64,000 bases of DNA from an uncultured Desulfobacter sp. GTDB taxonomy: Bacteria; Desulfobacterota; Desulfobacteria; Desulfobacterales; Desulfobacteraceae. The stretch lies in NCBI GenBank assembly GCA_963665095.1, contig OY762069.1:2272001-2336000 (forward strand), read 5' to 3'. The translations under genes were made by a program, and so were the position numbers. This document shows positions 58,529-64,000 of this stretch, piece after piece (the stretch's first letter is position 1; each line of letters begins with the position of its first letter). The notes beneath the pieces are model-generated. The model ran no database searches, had not been told where the DNA came from, and saw nothing but the letters and a program-made list of their open reading frames with translations.

Positions 58529-58795
58529 GGTTCTATATCTGTCAGCATGTTGGGTTTAAATAGGTCCGCTTGTGAGATGCTTTAAGGCGGTGTTGCGTCT
58601 CAGGTAAATTCTTATGAATCCTTTGATTTAAAATGCTATTTGATACAGTATTGCCCTTGGAGTGTCAAGAAAATAGCTTGCAAAACAGATCCTGGTTTAA
58701 TAGAATTCATTCTTCTTGGTGCAGGCGTTGCCAAAGATTTTTAATAAGCTTGCAGAAGCTGTAACCCGATCGGCCCAGGAGCCATTCTACCCCTT

Positions 58796-59167
58796 ATGAT
58801 TCCAGGTTTTGAAGCCATAGTGGAGGAACGGATCAAAGCAGCCCAGAAACAGGGCAAGTTTGATAACCTTGAAGGGCGGGGCAAACCTTTGGTGTTTGAA
58901 GATGCTCAAGCGCCCAATGACCTTCGCCTGGCCCATAAAATTTTAAAGAATGCAGGGTTTCTGCCCCCGGAAGTTGAAATCCGGAAACAGATGACCCATG
59001 TGCGGGAATTGATGGACCAGACGGCCCCGGCCTCACCGGAGTTGGCAACACTGCACAAAAAGTTGAATTACCTGATGGCCAAGCTGGATGTGGCACGATC
59101 CTGCTCTCCTGCATCTGCCGTGGCCCGGGACCAGTACAGAACCGCTTTATTGAGAAAGATTAAATGA
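58796..59167 (+). CDS. DUF1992 domain protein
   Basis: EERIKAAQ..G.FDNL.G.GKPL, KILKNAG.LPP. Confidence 0.85.
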   Translation: MIPGFEAIVEERIKAAQKQGKFDNLEGRGKPLVFEDAQAPNDLRLAHKILKNAGFLPPEVEIRKQMTHVRELMDQTAPASPELATLHKKLNYLMAKLDVARSCSPASAVARDQYRTALLRKIK

Positions 59168-59658
59168 GTATCCGTAAAAAAGACAAAGAAGGACTGTTTA
59201 AAAATATTTTTATTGCCTATTTTATCCTGCTGCTCCATGTGTTTCTTCTGGCCGGCATCGGGCTTACCGTAGTACTTTTTAAAGGTGTTTACCATTATCT
59301 GCCCTGGATTATGGGCGGGATTGCCATCCTGGTGCTTTCCATTGTCTGGTTTATCTACCACAGGATGCGGGAGACATCGTCATCCTTAAGCCAGGTTTTA
59401 GGCACCCCTGAATTCCATGACCGGGCCGTTGAAATCCGGCTGCTTGGCGGCATTGCCTCCTTTGAAATTAAAGCCAGACAGCATCCGTTGCTGCCGGAAC
59501 ATACAAGCCTTTCGTCACCCTATTCCAATGCCCGGCTTATTGAGAGTCCCGGAGACCGGGCGGAGCGTAAAATGCTGGAACTTAACGGCCTGTATGAAAA
59601 AAACCTGATCAGCAAAGAAGAGTTCGAAAAAGCACGCCAGAACATCATCCAGGGCTGA
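59164..59658 (+). CDS. Two-TM protein with C-terminal SHOCT domain
   Basis: Two hydrophobic helices; L..LYEKNLISKEEFEKARQ. Confidence 0.75.
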   Translation: MSIRKKDKEGLFKNIFIAYFILLLHVFLLAGIGLTVVLFKGVYHYLPWIMGGIAILVLSIVWFIYHRMRETSSSLSQVLGTPEFHDRAVEIRLLGGIASFEIKARQHPLLPEHTSLSSPYSNARLIESPGDRAERKMLELNGLYEKNLISKEEFEKARQNIIQG

Positions 59659-59685
59659 TCAATAACCATCCCAAAGGAGAGATGT

Positions 59686-60645
59686 ATGAACAAAATCAGG
59701 CTGGCCCTGTTATCAGGCGGCGTATCTTCGGAGCGGGAAGTATCCTTAAATTCAGGCAACCAGGTATTTGAGGCCCTTGACAAAGAAAAGTATGATATCA
59801 AACGGTATGACCCCAAGTTTGACCTGGCAAAACTGGTTACCGATGCTCCGGAGATTGACGCAGCCCTGATCATCCTTCACGGTCCGTTCGGAGAAGACGG
59901 CACCGTCCAGGGACTTCTGGATCTTCTTAATATCCCTTACCAGGGGGCAGGCGTATTAGGCTCTTCGGTGGCCATGAACAAGCTGACCTCCAAACGCCTT
60001 TACGCCCAGGCCGGTATTCCCACCCCGGCCTACCTGACCATATCCGTCCATGATCCGGATCCGGACCAGGAGAAACTAAACGCCATAGGACTCCCCATTG
60101 TTGTCAAACCCGCCTGCGCAGGTTCCTCAGTGGGTATGAGTATTGTGTCAGACGCCCAAGCGCTGCCTGATGCTATTCAAAAAGGGTTTGAAAATGACGA
60201 CACCCTGATTCTTGAACAATATATAAAAGGTGTGGAACTGACCTGCGGGGTCTTAGGCAACCAGGATCTTGAAGCACTGCCTGTCATAGAGATCGTGCCG
60301 GGTGACGGCCATGAATTCTTTGACTACGAGGCCAAGTACGTTGCCGGAGAAACCAATGAAATCTGCCCGGCCCGCATTGATGAGGCCACCACACAACAAG
60401 TCCAGAAACTTGCCATTGAAGCCCACAGGGCATTGTTTCTCAAAGGCTATTCCAGAACCGACATGCTGTTCAAAGACGGAGAGTTGACCGTTCTTGAAAC
60501 CAACACCATTCCGGGAATGACGGCCACAAGTCTGTTCCCGCAGTCTGCTGCGGTGGGAGGGTATAAATTCGGGGCGCTTATGGACAGACTCATTGAACTT
60601 GCCATTGAGGAAAACAAACGAACCAATTTAAGGAGATTGAAATGA
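59686..60645 (+). CDS. ddl: D-alanine--D-alanine ligase
   Basis: GG.SSEREVS, LHG..GEDG, GSSVG, FDYEAKY, ETNTIPGMT. Confidence 0.96.
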   Translation: MNKIRLALLSGGVSSEREVSLNSGNQVFEALDKEKYDIKRYDPKFDLAKLVTDAPEIDAALIILHGPFGEDGTVQGLLDLLNIPYQGAGVLGSSVAMNKLTSKRLYAQAGIPTPAYLTISVHDPDPDQEKLNAIGLPIVVKPACAGSSVGMSIVSDAQALPDAIQKGFENDDTLILEQYIKGVELTCGVLGNQDLEALPVIEIVPGDGHEFFDYEAKYVAGETNEICPARIDEATTQQVQKLAIEAHRALFLKGYSRTDMLFKDGELTVLETNTIPGMTATSLFPQSAAVGGYKFGALMDRLIELAIEENKRTNLRRLK

Positions 60646-62405
60646 AAATCCTTGTAGTCGGCAGCGGCGGCCGGGAACATACCCTGGTCTGGAAAATCGC
60701 CAAAAGCCCGTTAGTTGATAAAATATACTGTGCGCCGGGAAATGCCGGCACTGCCGGTCTGGCTGAGAATGTGGCTATCAGTGCTGAAGACATTGATGGT
60801 CTGGCTGCATTTGCCCAAAGCAATCAGGTTGACCTTACTGTGGTGGGGCCTGAAGGGCCTCTTGTGGCAGGCATCGTCGATGTGTTCCAGGCCAAGGGAC
60901 TGGCCGTGTTCGGACCATCCAAGGCAGCTGCACAGCTTGAAGGGTCCAAGGTATTTTCAAAAAATCACATGCAGAAATACGGGATTCCCTGTGCCACGGG
61001 CAAAGCCTTTACAGACGCGGAACAGGCCAAAATTTATGCCAGGGCCATGGGCGCTCCCTGCGTGGTCAAGGCAGACGGGCTTGCTGCGGGCAAGGGCGTC
61101 ATTGTCTGCACCGCCATTGAAGAAGCGGAAGAGGCCATTGACGGCATGCTTAAAAGCAACACCTTTGGGGAAGCCGGTGCCGTGGTGGTGGTAGAAGAGT
61201 GCCTGAAAGGCGAGGAAGCCTCCTTCATTGTTCTCACCGACGGTAACACCGTGCTGGCGTTGCCGGAGTCCCAGGACCACAAACGCATCTTTGACGATGA
61301 CAAAGGTCCCAACACCGGCGGCATGGGGGCGTACTCACCTGCTCCGGTGCTTGATCACCTGCTGCGCACCAAAGCCATGGAAGAGGTGATGATCCCGGCA
61401 GTTAAGGGTATGGCTAAAGAGGGCACGCCCTTTAAAGGGGTGCTTTATGCAGGGCTCATGGTGGACAAGGACAGCATCAAGGTACTGGAGTTCAACACCC
61501 GCCTGGGCGACCCTGAAACCCAGCCCATCCTCATGCGGCTGAAAAACGATCTGGTGCCGTTGATGGAAGCCTGTGCCAACGGCACCCTTCACAACCATAA
61601 AATCAAAATTGACCCGAGAGCGGCCATGTGTGTGGTCATTGCTTCGGGCGGCTATCCCGGCTCATATGAAAAGGGCCATGAGATTACAGGGCTGGATGAG
61701 GCCAACGCAGTTAAAGACACGGTGGTGTTCCATGCCGGGACCGCTTTAGACAACGGTAAAGTGGTGGCGTCCGGTGGACGGGTGCTTGGTATCACTGCCC
61801 TTGGCGACACTGTGGAGGCAGCCATCAACACCGCCTATGAAGCCTGTGGGAAGATCAGCTTTAAAAACTGCTTCATGAGAAAGGATATTGGTGCCAAGGC
61901 CCTGAAACGTATGGCCATCCCACCCCAGGTGGGCGTGATCATGGGATCTGACTCTGATTTTCCCGTGATGAAAAGCGCACTGGCTATGCTCAAAAAATTT
62001 GATATCCCCTACTACGTGACCGTGGCATCCGCCCACAGGACACCTGAAAAAGCATCGCAGCTGGCCACACAGGCCCGGGATCAGGGCATCAAGGTGCTGA
62101 TCTGCGGGGCCGGCCATGCCGCGCACCTAGCAGGTGTGATTGCGGCCCACACCACCCTGCCTGTTTTAGGGGTTCCCATTGACTCCAGCGCACTCCAGGG
62201 CATGGATGCCCTTCTGGCAACGGTACAGATGCCGCCGGGTATTCCGGTCTCCACCATGGCCATTGGCAAGTCCGGAGCACACAACGCAGGGATCACTGCA
62301 GCCCAGATCATCGGGGTGTCTGATCCGGTGGTGGCGGAGAAGCTGGCTGCATTTAAAAAGGAGATGGCAGACAAGGTGGCCCAGAAAGCGGCTTCCTTTG
62401 CCTGA
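60642..62405 (+). CDS. purD: Fused phosphoribosylamine--glycine ligase / N5-CAIR mutase (PurD-PurE)
   Basis: [26 protein letters not shown], then [26 protein letters not shown] in one ORF. Confidence 0.95.
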   Translation: MKILVVGSGGREHTLVWKIAKSPLVDKIYCAPGNAGTAGLAENVAISAEDIDGLAAFAQSNQVDLTVVGPEGPLVAGIVDVFQAKGLAVFGPSKAAAQLEGSKVFSKNHMQKYGIPCATGKAFTDAEQAKIYARAMGAPCVVKADGLAAGKGVIVCTAIEEAEEAIDGMLKSNTFGEAGAVVVVEECLKGEEASFIVLTDGNTVLALPESQDHKRIFDDDKGPNTGGMGAYSPAPVLDHLLRTKAMEEVMIPAVKGMAKEGTPFKGVLYAGLMVDKDSIKVLEFNTRLGDPETQPILMRLKNDLVPLMEACANGTLHNHKIKIDPRAAMCVVIASGGYPGSYEKGHEITGLDEANAVKDTVVFHAGTALDNGKVVASGGRVLGITALGDTVEAAINTAYEACGKISFKNCFMRKDIGAKALKRMAIPPQVGVIMGSDSDFPVMKSALAMLKKFDIPYYVTVASAHRTPEKASQLATQARDQGIKVLICGAGHAAHLAGVIAAHTTLPVLGVPIDSSALQGMDALLATVQMPPGIPVSTMAIGKSGAHNAGITAAQIIGVSDPVVAEKLAAFKKEMADKVAQKAASFA

Positions 62406-62438
62406 TCCTGCTGCGTTGTATTTTAAGCCGTTAAAAAA

Positions 62439-63068
62439 ATGACCAGAACCAGCATCATCCGGGTGGACGCACACCATCCGGAGCCTGAAATTATCAACCA
62501 GGCCGCCAATATTCTAAAGCAAGGCGGCCTGGTCATTTTTCCGGCCTCCTGTCTTTACGGGGTGGCAGCCAATGCACTGGCACCTGCTGCTGTTGATAAC
62601 GTCTTTCAACTCAAGCACCGTCCCCGCAACAACCCAATTCTTGTGCTGATCAAAACCATTGATCAGCTTGCTGACCTTGTCGCGTCTGTGCCGCCCCATG
62701 CAAAAATGCTTATGGACCGACTCTGGCCAGGCAGCCTTACCCTGGTATTTAACGCCGCAGACCACGTCTGTCCGGAACTGACTGCCGGCTCCGGCAAAAT
62801 CGGCATCCGTCTGCCCCGTCACCCTGTGGCCCGGGCCCTGGTCAACAGTGTGGACTTTCCTGTCACCGGTACCAGCGCCAACCTCTCCGGCCAGCCGGGA
62901 TGCACCCACATTAACGCCTTAGATCCCGCCATCACGCAAAATATCCATTTAATTCTGGATGCAGGCCCTGTAACCGGAGGAACCGGCTCCACTGTGGTAG
63001 ATGTAACCTGCCATCCTCCAAAAATCCTGCGCAGGGGCGCAGTGCCGGACCGGGATATATTTGCTTAG
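62439..63068 (+). CDS. tsaC: L-threonylcarbamoyladenylate synthase (YrdC/Sua5 family)
   Basis: K.RP..NP, WPG.LT, GIRLP.HP, TSANLSG, STVVD. Confidence 0.92.
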   Translation: MTRTSIIRVDAHHPEPEIINQAANILKQGGLVIFPASCLYGVAANALAPAAVDNVFQLKHRPRNNPILVLIKTIDQLADLVASVPPHAKMLMDRLWPGSLTLVFNAADHVCPELTAGSGKIGIRLPRHPVARALVNSVDFPVTGTSANLSGQPGCTHINALDPAITQNIHLILDAGPVTGGTGSTVVDVTCHPPKILRRGAVPDRDIFA

Positions 63069-63222
63069 CCCAAACGCCCTTCTCTCCAGCCCATCCTCTG
63101 CCCATATCCTGCACGATCTTAATGGCCAGCCCTAAAAAATCCAATTCAAAAAATAAAGACATTTCACAGAAGACCTGATAAATTCTTAAATAAAGCCGAA
63201 ACACCAACCAAGGAGGCTTAGC

Positions 63223-64000
63223 ATGAAAACCTACAATCCCGAACAGGCACTACTCAGTGCCCGCAGAGAATTTGGAGAACATGGGGGCGTAGCCCCGTCC
63301 ATATCCCGCTCGGCCACGTTCACGGTCATGCATCCCGAAACCATGCCCGAAATTTTCAGCGGACTTAAGGGCCCTGAACAGGGCGGATGTTTTCTTTACA
63401 GCCGCCATTTCAACCCCACAGTTGATGTGTTGTCCAGGTATCTTGCCGCCATGGAAGGCACTGAAGCGGCTGTGTGCACAGCCAGCGGCATGTCCGCCAT
63501 TGCCTGCGCCATTATGCAGATCTGCAAAAGCGGTGACCATATTGTGGCAAGCGAAAGCATCTATGGCGGCACCCATGCGCTTCTTAACTCCCTTCTGCCC
63601 CAGATGAATATTTCCACCACATTTGTGGATATTACGGATGTTGCAGCGGTTCAACATGCCATCTTGTCGGAGACAAAGGTGATTTATACGGAAACCATGG
63701 GCAACCCCACCCTGAGAATTGCCGATATCCCCTCCCTTTCCAAGATTGCCCAAAAAGACAATATCAAGCTGGTTGTGGACAACACCTTTTCACCTTTAAT
63801 TTTCACCCCCAAAATTCTGGGCGCCGATGTGGTGGTATATTCCCTGACCAAATACATTAACGGGGCCAGTGATCTTATTGCCGGGGCCATCTGCGGCGAT
63901 AAATCCTTTATTTTAGACTTAATGGATCTCCATACAGGCCGGGTCATGCTCTTAGGGCCCACCATGGATCCCCGGGTGGCCTTTGACCTGATCCAAAGAA
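63223..64000 (+). CDS. Cys/Met metabolism PLP enzyme (methionine gamma-lyase-like), runs off the window
   Basis: SD AAGGAGG then MKTYNPEQ...; YSRHFNPT, ASGMSAI, YGGT, DNTF, SLTKYING. Confidence 0.88.
   Translation, partial: MKTYNPEQALLSARREFGEHGGVAPSISRSATFTVMHPETMPEIFSGLKGPEQGGCFLYSRHFNPTVDVLSRYLAAMEGTEAAVCTASGMSAIACAIMQICKSGDHIVASESIYGGTHALLNSLLPQMNISTTFVDITDVAAVQHAILSETKVIYTETMGNPTLRIADIPSLSKIAQKDNIKLVVDNTFSPLIFTPKILGADVVVYSLTKYINGASDLIAGAICGDKSFILDLMDLHTGRVMLLGPTMDPRVAFDLIQR

Overview
Bacterial chromosomal window whose gene content suggests a Desulfobacterales-like organism (inference only). About 2.8-32.1 kb is a CRISPR-Cas defence island lying between murJ and a DUF1998 helicase. It carries a fused-subunit type III-D variant (III-Dv-like) operon on the minus strand: cas6, csx20, csx1, HD-less cas10 with GGDD, cas7-cas5-cas11, cas7-cas7, cas7-insertion, cas2, with no csx19. 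There are two CRISPR arrays with near-identical 36-nt repeats and homologous leaders, a separate adaptation block (TPR protein, primase-polymerase CAPP, cas1), toxin-antitoxin genes at both array trailer ends, and an oppositely oriented RecQ-PRTase/DprA pair. The most notable feature is a five-gene cassette at 12.8-18.9 kb: PemK-like protein, ECF-like sigma factor, zinc-finger anti-sigma, Lon-type Ser-Lys protease fused to a helical/TPR-like region with no recognisable SAVED/CARF sensor, and a second Csx1. It looks like a hybrid of the CalpL/T/S and type III-E Craspase protease-sigma signalling logic. A small membrane-protein ORF also sits inside a split CRISPR repeat, apparently using the repeat hairpin as its ribosome-binding site. 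The rest (32.4-64 kb) is mostly housekeeping (rocF, cmoB, fapA, yejBE, alaS, recA, pgpA, larC, fusA, ddl, purD-purE fusion, tsaC) with decayed IS fragments near 55 kb. All protein assignments come from motif recognition by eye; no database searches were run.
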